NCBI GenBank assembly: GCA_943359335.1
Contig: CALRHC010000001.1
Coordinates: forward strand, 22,466-86,465
Reading direction: 5' to 3'
Length of the DNA: 64,000 nucleotides
Source of the DNA: Candidatus Yanofskybacteria bacterium
GTDB taxonomy: Bacteria; Patescibacteriota; Minisyncoccia; JACQLN01
Below the pieces are notes generated by a model. The model was not told where the DNA came from. It did no database searches and was given only the letters and a program-made list of their open reading frames with translations. Numbering within the stretch: position 1 is the first letter of the stretch; each line of letters begins with the position of its first letter. Shown here piece by piece: positions 63,119 through 64,000 of the stretch. The translations under genes and the position numbers were made by a program.

Positions 63119-63787
63119 AACATCATTGATCGTTAGCGGTTTCCCTCCCCGAGGGCCACTAGCTGATCATAGTTCATTCATTTTCAAAGAAAGAAAGGAA
63201 GGTGCCAAGTGGACGAGAGCCGTGGACAGCCGTCTGGGTTCACCCTATTCCAAATTTCTCGCTCCGGCTAACCTGGTCCTCGACGACCTGGTCGCCAACT
63301 TCTCCGCCGGCGCTGGCCATACCGAATAGGTTCTGGCCGCAGCCCGCGCGAAGGTGAGTGTAAGTCGACTCAATAGCGAGTCGCTGCTCGCGATGCTCGG
63401 CAACTGCGAAAGTTGCCGAGTCTGCCCGAACGCTCTGGAGACGCCAGATGCGTTATTGTCCGATGGATCGCCCCCGTAACGCGGAGGCTCTACCGTGCCA
63501 AGAAGGCGCTGCGGAATTCCAGGTCCTATTTAGGACGAGGGTTCAGGGAATAAGATTCTCCTAGTGTTGTCTAACTGTTTAGATGATGTCTTCGCTCAAA
63601 TTGTTTCTAGCGAGACAGCCGATCTGGCAGTTCAATGCATAGGATAAAAGAATCTTAACAATCCTCGTCCTGTGTCACCTTTTGGAGTTAGTTAGATGGC
63701 CCTCCGCCTCCTTTCTTTGTTGTTTTAATGAAATTGGGAGCGGACACCCCGATTTCACCCCCGACACTACGGTGTCGGGGCTTTTTA
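63119..63787 (+). other. GC-rich (about 52-55%) promoter- and terminator-bounded locus without a convincing ORF: candidate large structured RNA or decayed foreign gene
   Basis: About 670 nt between the promoter and hairpin CCCCGACAC-TAC-GGTGTCGGGG+TTTTT; only a 67-codon ORF (63126..63329) interrupted by in-frame TAG; GNRA hairpin GGCAAC-UGCGAAAG-UUGCC; sharp GC break from neighbours. Confidence 0.4.
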
Positions 63788-63867
63788 TTTATTTAACACT
63801 AAGTGTTGAACAAATATCCTGAGTGAGTAAAACGAATCGAAGGATTTAAGATGGGTTTTATTTATTA

Positions 63868-63905
63868 AAAAACTCCTTCGATTTGGTATCGGAGGAGTTT
63901 TAGTT
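63868..63905. terminator. CTCCGA-family hairpin AACTCCTTCGA-TTTGGTA-TCGGAGGAGTT
   Basis: 11-bp stem with one G·U; A-run/T-run flanks. Confidence 0.55.
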
Positions 63906-64000
63906 TTCTTGAGGTTCGGTTTCTGCTTTAGCAAAGCTTTTTATTATAGGGTCCATATTGCCATCTAAAACTTTATCTATTTGGCTCCAACTTTTTTTAA

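Noticed and set aside
63126-63329. 67-aa ORF in the GC-rich terminal locus as a real gene; also a tmRNA assignment for the locus
   Set aside because: The ORF has no ribosome-binding site, is within the length expected by chance at 55% GC, and ends in an in-frame TAG followed by more sense codons. For tmRNA I found a GUCGCCAAC resume-like motif but no 5' GGGG acceptor strand, no T-arm/ACCA 3' end, and the implied tag (ANFSAGAGHTE) is atypical. Left as unassigned.

Overview
This is a low-GC (roughly 33-36%), gene-dense bacterial segment whose content and reduced protein sizes fit a Patescibacteria/CPR-like organism, though that placement is an inference. The housekeeping core comprises secD (partial) and secF; mnmA and alaS; infA, rpmJ, rpsM, rpsK, rpsD, rpoA, rplQ, rplM and rpsI; mreB, holB, frr, rseP, proS, a second mreB, mreC and a rodZ-like gene; a DsbA-like gene, ftsK, recA and two sigma-70 genes including rpoD; the rpsF-ssb-rpsR operon; dnaG, adk, map, ruvX, tpiA, pgk, recJ, rnhA, murJ and lepA. 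Several proteins are shorter than usual: RpoA lacks an alpha-CTD, AlaRS is 572 aa and ProRS is 416 aa.

RNA genes: a bacterial-type RNase P RNA on the minus strand (55725..56170) and two minus-strand tRNAs, tRNA-Gly(GCC) and a second with an aberrant anticodon arm. Candidate non-coding RNAs: a 117-nt three-stem RNA next to the tRNAs; a pair of homologous, covarying structured elements placed directly after the stop codons of rseP and dnaG; and a pseudoknot leader upstream of rpsM.

Accessory or foreign-looking content:
- GC-rich islands at 2988..5474 (a lipoprotein with a SpoIVB/S55-like GMSGSP motif), at 37125..37946 (a 55%-GC orphan gene between rpsF and dnaG) and at 63088..63787 (a promoter/terminator-bounded locus with no convincing ORF).
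- A membrane-protein plus TraD/VirD4-like ATPase module interrupted by a four-helix-bundle (23S-IVS-type) gene.
- An SF2 helicase with five C-terminal tandem repeats, followed by a RHH/RelE-ParE toxin-antitoxin cassette bracketed by direct repeats copied from the 3' end of the adjacent UvrD-RecB/Cas4-like helicase-nuclease gene.

Three repeat or hairpin families recur across the window: an AGCTTCATTAGC/GCTAATGAAGCT palindromic element sitting directly in front of start codons at six loci, a CTCCGA terminator hairpin family, and a CCAGCT-CCTAGA-AGCTGG hairpin pair flanking rnpB.

All calls rest on reading the sequence and its translations by eye. No database search was run.
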